A stretch of DNA of 64,000 bases from Octopus sinensis (Eukaryota). The notes under the pieces were generated by a model that was not told the DNA's origin, did no database searches, and was given only the letters and a program-made list of their open reading frames with translations. Both the position numbers and the translations under genes were made by a program. This document shows positions 1 through 13,680 of this stretch, one piece after another (position 1 is the stretch's first letter; each line of letters starts with the position of its first letter). Where the stretch lies: positions 5,084,001 to 5,148,000 of the forward strand of contig NC_043020.1 in NCBI RefSeq assembly GCF_006345805.1, in the 5' to 3' direction.

Positions 1-146
1 CAAATAAATCTTAACCTCACGAACCCATTATTTTGTTGTTTTTACATGAAACGCCACCCCATTATTACCCCACTTTCCTTTAACGTCCCCCTAGGAACTT
101 TCCACTCCCCCCAGGAGATCAATACCACCCACTTTGGGAACCACCG
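1..146 (-). mobile_element. hAT-type MITE fragment (same family as 46352-46631)
   Basis: Reverse complement begins CGGTGGTTCCCAAAGTGGG and aligns by eye with 46352-46500. Confidence 0.6.
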
Positions 147-863
147 TACTGGAGTATGTGACATGGTCTACATCCTGTCCACACCCCTTCCCCGTCATGG
201 CTTTTCATACCTGGGCAAGGCTGACAGTTACCTGTGCTTCCGACTTTGTCCTTTCTGCATAACGGTTCTGCTATTCTGTCACTCTTGATTGGTTCATTTT
301 GTTTACCAAAACCTGAAAGCATGAAAGGCAAAGTTGACCTCGACGTGATTTGAACCCAGAACGCACATCATCATCATCATCATCATCATTGTCTAATGCC
401 TGTTTTCCATGGTAACTTGGGCTGGATGGTTTGACAGGAGCTGGAAAGGCCGGCTGGCAGAGGCCACACCAGGCTCCCATTGTCCGTTGTGGCAGGGTTT
501 CTACAGCTGGATGCCCTTCCTAATGCTGACCACTCCACAGAGTGTGCTGGGTGCTTGTTTATGTGGCACCAGCACCAGTGCTTTTTATGATAATGATGAT
601 GATGATGGTGTTCATGGTTATAATGATATTGATGATGATGGTAATGTTGATGGTATTGTGGTTTATTATGTTGGTGATGATGATGACAATAGTATTGTTG
701 ATTGATATGATGATGGTGATGGTGTTCTTGATTATAATGATAGTGATGTTGATGATGATGTTGGTACTGGTGATGGTGTTGTTGATGATGATGATGGTGT
801 TGAATGTTGTTGTCAATGATTGTTATGATGAAGATCTCTTTTTTTTTTTTTCTCTGTGTCCAG

Positions 864-1032
864 AAAGACAGCAAGGAACTTCAACCCACCAATGGCCAAA
901 GCTGGCCAAATAACAATAGCCGAAGTTGAAGAAATTGTTGATGTTGGTGCATTTGCCCCCGAAGACATTCATCTGCCGCACATCTACGTCCAAAGAGTAA
1001 TCCAAGGGTCCCACTACGAGAAACGAATCGAA
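864..1032 (+). CDS. OXCT1: OXCT1/SCOT coding exon (first in window; gene is 5'-partial): (R)[56 protein letters not shown]
   Basis: Polypyrimidine tract + CAG acceptor (861-863), GTAAGG donor at 1033; translation closely matches SCOT (ARNFN-PM, EVEEIV..G....EDIH.P.IYV.R....YEKRIE). Confidence 0.96.
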
Positions 1033-1389
1033 GTAAGGTTCTCTTCCCTCCTTTCCTTTTTGCTCCCTGTTCCCCCAGCCCCCTGCTGCACTTCAGTCCC
1101 TAACCTCAGAGAAATAACTTAGAAATAGTAACCAAAGCTTCCTCAAATCAGACTCCATGATTTAAAATGTTTACACGTGAATGACTGCTGATAAGTTATA
1201 TGCAAGTAGAGAATATCAGAAAACCAAGGGCCAACATTTTGTGTGGGGGTCACTAGTTATTGTCGCACCGAGGCAACGACTAGTGACTGAGACCTTTGGA
1301 AATATGCTGTGCATGAGAAGACCCGGCAAGCCCATAGCCCGTGGCCTATGCCAGGGGTGTAACCAGCCCACTTATGCGTACCTTTCCTT

Positions 1390-1856
1390 CATTGGACACT
1401 AAACCCTGCTTGCAAAGACCTGTTGAGGCAAATGAAATCAAAATTGAAATCAAATTCAATGACTGGCATCCATGCTAGTGGAGCGCTAAGAGCACCATCT
1501 GAGCATGATCATTGCCAGAGCAGCTGACTGGCTTCTGTGCCGGTGGCACGAAAAAAGCACCATTCGAGTGTGATTGTTACCAGCGTCACCTTACTGGCAC
1601 TTGTACTGGTGGCACATAAAAAATACCATTTAAGCGTGGCTGTTGCCAGTACTGCCTGACTGGCCCTCATGCCGGCGGCATGTAAAAGCACCCACTACAC
1701 TCTCGGAGTGGTTGGTGTTAGGAAGGGCATCCAGCTGTAGAAACTCTGCCAGATCTGATTGGAGCCTGGTGCAGCCATCTGGTTCGCCAGTCCTCAGTCA
1801 AATCGTCCAACCCATGCTAGCATGGAAAGCAGACGTTAACCGATGATGATGATGAT
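1390..1856 (+). mobile_element. SINE-like family C with internal ~60-bp subrepeats and (GAT)n tail
   Basis: Recurrent block GGAAGGGCATCCAGCTGTAGAAAC...CATGCTAGCATGG...(GAT)n. Other copies at ~370-570(-), 1868-2145(-), 4066-4592(+), 5440-5635(+), 11670-11910(-), 14920-15258(+), 20115-20435(-), 24815-24985(+), 31290-31700(-). Confidence 0.8.
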
Positions 1857-2317
1857 ACATATATATATCATCATCATCATCGTCGTTTAGCGTCCGTTTT
1901 CCATGCTAGCATGGGTTGGACGGTTCTACTGGGGTCTGTGAAGCCAGAAGGTTTCATCAGGCCCAGTCAAATCTGGCAGTGTTTCTACGGCTGGATGCCC
2001 TTCCTAACACCAACCACTCCGTGAGTGTAGTGGGTGCTTTTTACGTGCCACCCGCACAGGTGCCAGACAGAGCTGGCAAACGGCCACGAACGGATGGTGC
2101 TTTTTATGTGCCACCGGCACAAGGGCCAGGCGAGGCTGGCAACGGACATATATATATATATATATATATATAAAATAACGAAGATGATTAGATGCAATGT
2201 AAAACCAAAAAGGAAGAATTCAGTTGTCCCAAATAGTGACTGAAGGTGTATTGTAGCACCTACATTTCTAGAAATAAGAGTCAAAGACCCTTATAGCCAC
2301 ACACAAACGCATACCTA

Positions 2318-2534
2318 CAAGGGTGTGCTGAAAAGTTCCTGGCTTTGAGTAAAAGAAAATACAGGGGGATCAGTTAATTATGGTTTTGTTCAACATATTC
2401 CTCTCTCAGATTCATTCTCTCATTGTAGTGGCCCTTCAGTTTTTCTAAGCCCTGTAAATGAACTCAGAAGGGTGGGCCTCCAGCCAGGCCTGTCGCGATA
2501 TCCTTAAAGCCAGTAACTTTTCGGCACCCCCTCA
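2318..2534. mobile_element. Mariner-derived MITE
   Basis: TIRs CAAGGGTGTGCTGAAAAGTTCCTGGCTTT / AAAGCCAGTAACTTTTCGGCACCCCCTCA flanked by TA. Confidence 0.8.
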
Positions 2535-2586
2535 TATGTATACATACTCAGACTTACAGACATAAATCTGTCTTTCTATCAATTTC

Positions 2587-3200
2587 TTGATGGCAGTCAA
2601 ATATTATCATTCTCTCTCTCTCTCTCTTTCATTCTTTCTTTCTCTCTCTCTCATTCTTTCTCTCTCCTCTCTCATTCTTTCTCCTCTCTCATTCTTTCTC
2701 TCTCTCTCTCTCATTCTTTCTCTCTCTCTCTCATTCTTTCTCTCTCTCTCTCTCATTCTTTCTCTCTCTCTCTCTCATTCTTTCTCTCTCTCTCTCTCAT
2801 TCTTTCCTCTCTCTCTCTCTCATTCTTTCTCCTCTCTCTCTCTCTTCTTTCTCTCTCTCTCTCTCATTCTTTCTCCTCTCTCATTCTTCTCTCTCTCTCT
2901 TCTTTCTCTCTCTCTCTCTCATTCTTTCTCCTCTCTCATTCTTTCTCTCTCTCTCTCTCATTCTTTCTCCTCTCTCATTCTTTCTCTCTCTCTCTCTCTC
3001 ATTCTTTCTTTCTCTCTCTCTCATTCTTTCTCTCTCTCTCTCATTCTTTCTCTCTCTCTCTCTCATTCTTTCTCTCTCTCTCTCTCTTTCCCATTCTCTC
3101 TCTCTCTTTCTCATTCTCTCTCTCTCTCATTCTTTCTCTTTCTCTCATTATTTCTCTCTCTCTAATTCTTTCTCTCTCTCTCATTCTTTCTCTTTCTCTG
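2587..3200. repeat. (TC)n/TCATTCTT polypyrimidine microsatellite directly upstream of an OXCT1 acceptor
   Basis: Seen directly in the sequence. Confidence 0.95.
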
Positions 3201-3205
3201 ATCAG

Positions 3206-3320
3206 CGTTTACGTTTGAGGAAAGAAGGCAAAGCAGATTCGAAACCTCCATCTCCTGCTGCAAAACTACGAGAACGGATAATAAAACGAGTGGCTGTCGA
3301 GTTCACAGACGGCATGTATG
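3206..3320 (+). CDS. OXCT1: OXCT1 exon: RLRLRKEGKADSKPPSPAAKLRERIIKRVAVEFTDGMY(V)
   Basis: CAG acceptor 3203-3205; in frame with previous exon; RERIIKR..EF.DGMY motif; donor GTATCCTTT at 3321 (phase 1). Confidence 0.95.
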
Positions 3321-4944
3321 GTATCCTTTCCACTGCCTTTTAATCTCCAAATTATTGTTTGTGTTGTTGTTGTTGTTGCGGTATGATGAGGCAGAGACCT
3401 GAGTCATTGGTAGGTCGAGTTGCATTGAAATTTATCAAATGTTGCACCAAAACACCTTTTTCGTTCTCACTCTTTTACATTTCCCTATAATAACTTTCCA
3501 CTGTCCCCTGTGGTCCTTACACACTTTTGTATGATTCCTCTACCTTTTCCTCCAATCCCTTGTATTTTCCCTATGATAACTCTTCTATCTGATACAGTCT
3601 ATCTACTGTCATTCACAACTCCTTTACATTCCTCTACAATTCCTCTACAATCCTCTATGTCTCCCTAAAATCTCTCTACATTCCTCTGCATTTTTCTACA
3701 ATCCTTCTATAAATCTCTACACTTCCCCACAATTCTCTACATTCTCCAACACTCTCCCTACAATCTGTTTATGATCTTCTGCATCCCTGTACAATCCTTT
3801 ACCATTTCTTTATAATCCCTCTACATTTCCTTTATTCCCTATAATCCCTACCATCATTCTATAATCATCTACATTTCCCTACTTTCCCCTCTACAATCCC
3901 CTATAATTCCTCTGCATTTCTTTTACAACCCCTCTACAATTCTCTGCATTTCCCTACAATGTCTTAACAATCTTCCTCAATTCCCAACAATCCTTCTACA
4001 GCCCCTACATATCCATGCAGTATCTTACAATTCACGTTTCCCTACAATCCTTTAGAAGTGTTTCGATGACTGGCATCCGTGCTAGCGGGGTGCAAAGAGC
4101 ACCATACAAGTGTGATCGTTAACAGAGTGGCTAAATGGCTTCAGTGCCAGTGGCACGTAAAAGGCACCATTCGAGTGTGATCGTTACCAGCGTCGCCTTA
4201 CTGGCACTTGAGCCCCGTGCTAGTAAGAGTGCTAAGAGCACCATCCGAGCGTGATCATTGCCAGAGCGGCTAACTGGCTTCCATACCGGTGGCACGTAAA
4301 AGGCACCATTCGAGCGTGATCGTTACCAGTGTCGCCTTACTGGCACTTGAGCCCTGTGCTAATAGGGTGCTAAGAGCACCATCCGAGCTTGATAGTTGCC
4401 AGAGCAGCACGTAAAAGCACCCACTACACTCTCGGAGTGGTTGGCGTTAGGAGGAGCATCCAGCTGTAGAAACTCTGCCAGATCAAGATTGGAGCCTGGT
4501 GCAGCCATCTGGTTTGCCAGCCCTCAGTCAATTTGTCCAACCCATGCTAGCATGGAAAGCAGACATTAAATGATGATGATGATGATGATGATGAATCCCA
4601 CTACAGCTCTTTACATTTCCCTACAATCCCTCTACAACCCTCCTCATTTGCCTACAATCTCTTCACAATTCCCTACATTTCCTCTACAACCCTTTAAATC
4701 TCCCTACTATCATTCTATAATCATCTACATCCTCTTACAATCCTTCTACATTCCCTTACTTTTCCCTTTATTCCTTCCACCACCTCACCAATCGCCCGAA
4801 ATGCATTTACAGTCCTTGTCCCTTTAACAATGATGGACTTCTTTCCCGTTTGAATCAATCTGATCCATTCTTGCACACACACACACACACACACACACAG
4901 GTAAAGAGCTTTTGATTTACTCTCCTTAACTCTCTGCAAACTAG
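3321..4944 (+). other. U12-type (minor spliceosome) GT-AG intron of OXCT1
   Basis: 5'SS GTATCCTTTC (U11 consensus RTATCCTTT); branch site TCCTTAAC at 4923-4930, 14 nt before the end of the 3' AG; no long polypyrimidine tract. Confidence 0.92.
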
Positions 4945-5039
4945 TGAATCTTGGAATCGGTATGCCAATGTTAGCCAGCAACTTCATCGCACCTGGCATC
5001 ACAGTCCACTTACAAAGCGAGAACGGAATCCTTGGTTTG
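4945..5039 (+). CDS. OXCT1: OXCT1 exon containing the catalytic Glu motif: (V)[31 protein letters not shown]
   Basis: TAG acceptor 4942-4944, GTAAGC donor 5040; NLGIG and SENG motifs of family I CoA transferases (Glu codon 5019-5021). Confidence 0.97.
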
Positions 5040-5737
5040 GTAAGCATCGCTGTTCCTCTGATGTTTTCTATTGTTGTTTTGGGCCTGGGCGAACTCTAAA
5101 CAGCTTTATTACCAAAAGCATTCTGCCCACCATCACCCTGTGTGATTAATGCATGCTTTTCTCCACTTCCTCCTCATCATCATCATTGTTTTTGTGTCAA
5201 TTTTCTCTGTAATAGTAGAGGAATGACCAAGACTTACTGAGAAAATATTTGTTGGCTGGGTGCTCTTTCTGTTGCTAACACTCACTTGTTTTCTGAGTAA
5301 ACCTCTCATCTTTTATTCCACTGGTTTTCACACTTCTACCAAGCTACAAGACATATTGTTTACAGGAGACATAAATAAACTTGACATCACCATCGCAAAA
5401 ACGCAGTACCCACTTCTATCTTTTACTAGTTTCAATCATTGGACACTAAACTCTGCTTGCGAAGACCTGTTGAGGCAAATGAAATCGAAATCAAATCAAA
5501 TTCACAAATTCAATGACTGGCATCTGTGCTAGTGGAGCGCTAAGAGCACCATCTGAGCATGATCGTTGCCAGAGCGGCTGACTGGCTTCTGTGCCGGTGG
5601 CACGAAAAAAGCACCATTCGAGCGTGATCATTACCTCAAAGGGTTTTAGTCGAACAAATCAAATCCAGCACTTATTTTTAACTTTGGTACTTAATGCTTT
5701 CAGTCTCTTTTGCTGAACTGTTAAGTTATGGGGACAT

Positions 5738-6110
5738 GGAAGCACTCCGTCGGTTACGACGACGAGGGTTCCGGTTGATCCGAATCAACGGAACAGCCTG
5801 CTCGTGAAATTAACGTGTAAGTGGCTGAGCACTCCACAGACACGTGTACCCTTAACATAGTTCTCGGGGATATTCAGCGTGACACAGAGAGTGACAAGGC
5901 CGGCCCTTTGAAATACAGGTACAACAGAAACAGGAAGTACGAGTGAGAGAAAGTTGTGGTGAAAGAGTACAGCAGGGATCATCACCATCCCCTGCCAGAG
6001 CCTCGTGGAGCTTTAGGTGTTTTCGCTCAATAAACACTCACAACGCCCGGTCTGGGAATCGAAACCGCGATCCTATGACCGCGAGTCCGCTGCCCTAACC
6101 ACTGGGACAT
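5738..6110 (-). mobile_element. tRNA-headed SINE family D, near-full-length
   Basis: Head with A/B-box-like TGGCCCAGTGGTTAGGGC...GGTTTCGATTCCC; highly similar copy at 60108-60489(-); head-only copy at ~32148-32250(+). Confidence 0.85.
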
Positions 6111-7475
6111 AAGCAAACCATCACACATTGTAAAATGGTGGAGGAAAGAGGACACACACACACACACCATCATCATCATATATGTATGTACATTGGGCGT
6201 CCACAAAGTTTCTGTCTCCCAAATTCACTCACAAGACATCAAGACATTAGTTGGTCCAGGAATATAGTGGAAGACATTTGCCCGAGGTACTGTGCAGTGG
6301 AACTGAACCCAAGACCATATTATTGGGAAAGAAGCTTCTTTACCATGCAGCTATGGGTGCACCTATATCACACACACACACGACAGGCTTCTTTCAGTTT
6401 CTGTCTACCAAATCCACTCACAAGGTTTTGGTCAGCCTGAGGCTATAGTAAAAGACAGTTAGTGAGGAAGCCAACATGTAGGTTTCTTTTATGGTGTGTT
6501 CTGTGTTGTGGTTGCCACGATAAAGTTGCTAACTGTAACTTAGAGGTCTCAGTTTAGCTGTGCATGACCGCACAAGTTGAGCGGCCAGGAGATAGGTAAA
6601 AAGTTAAGCACGAGAGAGAAAGTGCCAGAGAGACCCAGGCAAAGAGAGAGAATTGCACGGTACACTGCTTTTTATAGTCGACTTGTGGTAATACCACCTG
6701 TCGGCAACATTTCAGAATATCCTTCAGCGAATTAAAAGTCACTTGCCCAAGGTCCCACACAGTGGTATCGAACCTGGAACCATGTGGTTGGGAAGCAAAC
6801 TTCTTACCACGCAGCCACGCCATACACACACACATACACACACACACACTGACTCACACACATGCGCACAAACACACAAAAGGGAAAGCAGTGTATATAA
6901 CTAAATAGAGTCAAGACTATTGAAAAGGTTTTTGCAAGACGCAACGAAAATTTTAGGAAAATAAAAATAAGAAATAAGTGGAAATTTTACCGGTGAGTGT
7001 GTTACATTATAAGGCACAAAAAGAAAATGACTCTCCCCAGACAACAAAATATGCTTCAATACACGAACTCGCATAAAGAATCTTGCAAGCCAAATCCCAA
7101 AACGAAATATTCAACTACAATGGGGTTTTTTTTTATTATCGCAGCCACGGCTTGGTTCAAGGGAAGTAACCAATACTGGGTAATTACCTCCCTTGATATA
7201 TTCTTTTATAATTAAGTGTAACTCTTTCAGTGCTGTCGACATTTCCCTTGTTTCGTCCGCGATGTCGTTTCACGTTCTTGGCCTTTTCCAGTGGTCGACT
7301 GTCATTTATATACTTCAGCCTGTCTTTGAGTAAATGCGGATCTTTCTGCAAACCCTCTTCGGTACTACTAGCGAACAGTGGTCCCGGTGCGCGCACACGC
7401 GCATCCGCGCTAGCTAGTCGTAAGTAGTCGATCCTACAACTAATTTTTTAGACACACAAACATACACACACATAC

Positions 7476-7509
<34 letters not shown>

Positions 7510-7985
7510 CCGTCCAACCCATGCTAGCATGGAAAACGGATGTTAAACAATGATGATGATGATATATATGATGGGCTTCTTTCAGTTTCCATCTACCAAA
7601 TCCCCTCACAAGGCTTTGGTCAGCCTGAGGCTATGGTGGAAGACACTTGCCCAAGGTGCCACGCAGTGGGACTGAACCCGGAACCATGTGGCTGGCAAGC
7701 AAGCTACTTACCACACAGCCACTCCTGCGCCGATATATATATATATATATACATACATACATATATACGATGGGCTTCTTTCAGTTTCCGTCTACCAAAT
7801 CCCCTCACAATGCGTTGGTCGGCCTGAGGCCTATAGTGGAAGACACTTGCCCAAGGTGCCACGCAGTGGGACTGAACCCGGAACCATGTGGCTGGCAAGC
7901 AAGCAAGCTACTTACCACACAGCCACTCCATGTCTTTAAAGAGATTTCTCCCTTTTACACCCTACATTTCTCTTTCTCTCCCTAG

Positions 7986-8107
7986 GGACCATTTCCCTTA
8001 CCTGGTGAAGAAGATGCCGACCTCATCAATGCTGGTAAAGAAACAGTAACAAATATTGCTGGAAGTTCCTTCTTCTCCAGCGATGAGTCGTTTGCTATGA
8101 TTCGAGG
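7986..8107 (+). CDS. OXCT1: OXCT1 exon: [40 protein letters not shown](G)
   Basis: TAG acceptor, GTAAGT donor at 8108; [13 protein letters not shown] and [12 protein letters not shown] motifs. Confidence 0.97.
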
Positions 8108-8319
8108 GTAAGTTACTTGTTTAATTGTCCCTTAATTGTTTTTTTCTCACTGTAAACCCTTACAACTTCTCTTCACCCAATTTCCAGTCCTTTGTCTTCC
8201 CCCTTCGTCCCCTACAACCCACTGCTGCCTCCTACCCTTCCACAATTTCTCCATCCCTAGTTTTCTGTTCTCCATTATTTCTTCTTCCCATCTCTTATTA
8301 CTCCACATCCATCTGTTTG

Positions 8320-9800
<1,481 letters not shown>

Positions 9801-9820
9801 TATCAATTATCTCCCACCAG

Positions 9821-9896
9821 GGGTCATATTGGACTTACAGTTCTTGGAGCGATGCAAGTCTCACAGTATGGAGATTTGGCAAATTGGATGATTCCT
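9821..9896 (+). CDS. OXCT1: OXCT1 exon: [25 protein letters not shown]
   Basis: CAG acceptor 9818-9820, GTAAGT donor 9897; [17 protein letters not shown] motif; phase matches previous exon. Confidence 0.97.
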
Positions 9897-10929
9897 GTAA
9901 GTTCTGTTCTGTCTTTCTACTGATTTTCTATCTCAATCTCCATGACCCACAGGGTTGTCGTTTAGCCCCAGGACAGCCCAGATCCAGCATGCCCATGACT
10001 CAAAGCACCCTACTATGATCAACCAAGCTGGTTTCATTTTTCTTTTCTTTTATGCCCCCTGTCAGTGTGTCAAAGATTCACTTAAGATTTAAGGGTGTAT
10101 ATTCTCTTACCATATGAATCACAGTTTTTTCAGCTTGTTTCAGTCATTATTCTGTGGCCATGCTGGGGCTCTACCTTGAAGGGTTTAGTCAAACACATCA
10201 GCCCTAGAAATTATTTATATTTTTTCAAGCCTGTCCCCATCATTCTACAACTGAATGACAGGGACATAAAAAAAAATAAGGCGGCAAGCTGGCAGAATCG
10301 TTAGCACGCCGGGCGAAATGCTTAGCGGTATTTCGTCTGCTGTTATGTTCTGAGTTCAATTTCCGCCGAGGTCGACTTTGCCTTTCATCCTTCCGGGGTC
10401 GATAAATTAAGTACCAGTTACGCACTGGGGTCGATGTAATCGACTTAATACCTATGTCTGTCCCTGTTTGTCCCCTCTATGTTTAGCCCCTTGTGGGTAA
10501 TACAGAAATAGGGACATAAAAAAAAATCAACACCATTTGCCAAACTACAGTGGGGTACAAAGACAAACTCTCACATCCGTACATAAATCCTTTTACTTGT
10601 TTCAGTCATTTGACTGTGGCCATGCTGGAGCACTGCCTTGAGGAATTTTACTTGAATGAATCGAACCCTATACTTATTTTTTTATTTATGAGCCTGGTAC
10701 TTATTCTATCGGTCTCTTTTACTAAACTGCTAAGTTATAACATGAAAAATCATGTTAACCAGATGTATTAAGAAAGACCTTTTAATCTTTAATCATGAGG
10801 AATATTGTGAATGTTGAATGAGACTTCTCTCTTGAATGATTTAACAGTGGGAAGCTAGGAGGTCGACATCCAGTGTAGTTCATCTTATTATGGTTATTCT
10901 TTTCTACTCTAGGCACAAGGCCTGAAATT

Positions 10930-11455
10930 TTGGGGGACGGGGCCAGTCAATTAGATCGACCCCAGTACACAACTGGTACTTAATTTATTGAACCTGAAAG
11001 GATGAAAGGCAAAGTCTACCTTATTTCTTTACTGCCTACAAGGGGCTAAACACAGAGGGGACAAACAAGGACAGACAAACGGATTAAGTTGATTATATTG
11101 ACCCTAGTGCGTAACTGGTACTTAATTTATCGATCCTGAAATGATGAAAGGCAGTGTCGACTTCGGCAGAATTTGAACTCAGAACGTAAAGACAGACGAA
11201 ATACCTATTTCTTTACTACCCACAAGGGGCTAAACACAGAGGGGACAAACAAGGACAGACAAACGAGGACAGACAAATGGATTAAGTCGATTACATCGAC
11301 CCCAGTGCGTAACTGGTACTTAATTTATCGACCTCGAAAGGATGAAAGGCAAAGTCGACCTCGGCAGAATTTGAACTCAGAACGTAAAGACAGATGAAAT
11401 ACTGCTAAGAATTTCGCCTGGCGTGCTGACGTTTCTGCCAGCTCACCAACTTTCA
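10930..11455 (-). mobile_element. tRNA-like-headed SINE family B (core GCCTTTCATCCTTTCGGGGTCGAT..AAGTACCAG), multi-unit copy
   Basis: Head GGCGAGCTGGCAGAAACGTTAGCACGCCGGGCGAAATGCTTAGC...GAGTTCAAATTCCG. Other copies ~10280-10510(+), 11960-12400(+), 12545-12785(-), 23900-24495(-), 46860-47020(+), 48165-48540(+), 63312-63625(-), 63678-63908(+). Confidence 0.8.
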
Positions 11456-13035
11456 CCTTCTTATGGTTATTGTTAAGGCGGTGAGCTGCGAGAATTACCA
11501 TGTCTGACAGAATGCTTAGCAACATTTCATGTCTTTATATTCTGAGTTCAAATCCCGCCAAGGTTGACGGGGCTGATGAAATAAATACCAGTTACTGAGG
11601 TTGATGTAATTGACTTAATCCTGCCCAAAATTTCAGGTCCTGTGCCCATAGTGATGATTTCAGTTATCATTATCGTCATCATTTAACGTCCACTTTCCAT
11701 GATGGCAATGTTTCTACAGCTAGATGCCCCTCCTAACGCCAATCACTCTGAGAGTGTAGTGGGTGCTTTTTATGTGCCACTAGCATGGAGCCAGTCAGGT
11801 GGCACTGGCATTGGCCACGCTCCAATGGTGCTTTTTACATGCCACCGGCACAGGTGCCAGTCAGACAGCACTGGCATTGGCCATGCTCCAATGGTGCTTT
11901 TTATGTGTCACCGAGAAAGGATTATTATTATTGTTCTTGTTGCTGTTGTCAAGGTAGCTGGCTGGTAAAAGTATTAACAAACCATGCAAAATACTTAGTA
12001 GAATTTTGTTTGTCTTTATGTTTTGAGTTCAAATTCTGCGGGGTTGACTTTGCCTTTCTTTGTTCATGAAATAAGTACCAGTTATACACTGGGGGAGGTG
12101 GGTTTCAATGTAATTGACTAGTCCCCCTCCCACTGTAATTTCAGCCCTTGTGCCTATAGAAGAAAAGATAATTATTATTATTAAGGCAACATGCTGGCAA
12201 AGCCATCAGCAAGCTGGAAAAAATGCTTAGCAGCATTTCATCTGTCTTCATGTTCTGAGCTCAAATTCCACTAAAGTTGACTTTGCCTTTCATCCTTTCG
12301 GGGGTCAATTAAATAAGTACCAGTTGCGCACTGGGGTCGATGTAATCGACTTAGTCCTTTCCCCCAAATTTGAGGCCTTGTGCCTTCAGTAAAAAGGATT
12401 ATTATTATTATTTATTATTATTATTATTATTATTATTGTTGTTGTTGTTGTTATTAAGGTGAAATGCCTAGTGGTATTACATCTATCTTTCTGTTGTTCT
12501 CAGCTCAAACCTCTGCTTTTTATCCTTTTGGAGTTGGCAAAATAAATACCTATTTCTTTACTACCCACAAGGGGCTAAACACAGAGGGGACAAACAAGCA
12601 CAGACATAGGTATTAAGTCGATTACATCGACCCCAGTGCGTAACTGGTACTTAATTTAATCGATCCCGAAAGGATGAAAGGCAAAGCCGACCTCGGCGGA
12701 ATTTGAACTCAGAACGTAACGGCAGACGAAATACCGCTAAGCATTTCGCCCAGCGTGCTAACGTTTCTGCCAGCTCGCCACCTTGGCAAAATAAATACCA
12801 GTTGGGCGGGGGGTGGGTGTCAATGTAAATCAACTTGCCCCTCTTCTGAAATTGCTGGCCTTGTGCCAAAAATTGAAACCATTATGATTATTACTATAAG
12901 CGCCGACCAAGTGTTTGAGTCAGTGTGTTTGGCTGACCCCCTTCCCCCACCCTCCAAAAAATGTCAGGCCTTGTGCCTATAATAGAAAGTATTGTTGTTG
13001 TTGTTGTTGTTGATGTTTTTTTTTTCTTTTGGTAG

Positions 13036-13125
13036 GGTAAAATGGTGAAAGGTATGGGAGGTGCTATGGATCTTGTGTCCAGTAAAAACACCAAAGTCAT
13101 CGTAACCATGGAACATAATGCCAAG
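13036..13125 (+). CDS. OXCT1: OXCT1 exon: [30 protein letters not shown]
   Basis: TAG acceptor, GTAAGT donor 13126; [10 protein letters not shown] motif. Confidence 0.97.
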
Positions 13126-13273
13126 GTAAGTTAGCACCGGCTGTCATTTGTGGTATATTAACACCTGCACACACAGGTGAGATGTTTGACCCTTTTTAAT
13201 ACCAATGTGCACTTTGCCTGTCTTTGGTTCTAAGAAACCAACTTTGTTTTAAAGTAATCTCTCTATATATATA

Positions 13274-13444
13274 GGTGCAGGAGTGGCTGTGTGGTAAGTA
13301 GCTTCTTTACCAACCACATGGTTCCAGGTTCAGTCCCACTGCGTGGCATCTTGGGCAAGTGTCTTCTGCTATAGCCCCAGGCCGACCAATGCCTTGTGAG
13401 TGGATTTGGTAGACGGAAACTGAAAGAAGCCTGTCGTATATATG

Positions 13445-13479
<35 letters not shown>

Positions 13480-13680
13480 TTGTGTGTCTGTGTTTGTCCC
13501 CCTAGCATTGCTTGACAACCGATGCTGGTGTGTTTATGTCCCCGTCACTTAGCGGTTCGGCAAAAGAGACCGATAGAATAAGTACTGGGCTTACAAAGAA
13601 TAAGTCCCGGGGTCGATTTGCCCGACTAAAGGCGGTGCTCCAGCATGGCCGCAGTCAAATGACTGAAACAAGAGAAAGAG
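13274..13680 (+). mobile_element. tRNA-headed SINE family A, full-length (most abundant family here, >20 copies or fragments)
   Basis: Head GGCTGTGTGGTAAG...GGTTCAGTCCCACTGCGTGGCACCTTGGGCAAGT, internal (TA)n(GT)n, tail GACTGAAACAAGTAAAAGAG. Others: 15930-16334(-), 17243-17572(+), 19601-19982(-), 21083-21479(-), 28211-28628(+), 33076-33435(-), 35600-36056(-), 36612-36992(+), 40988-41378(-), 42117-42499(+), 45914-46335(+), 48688-49112(+), 53092-53500(+), 58873-59210(-). Confidence 0.9.
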
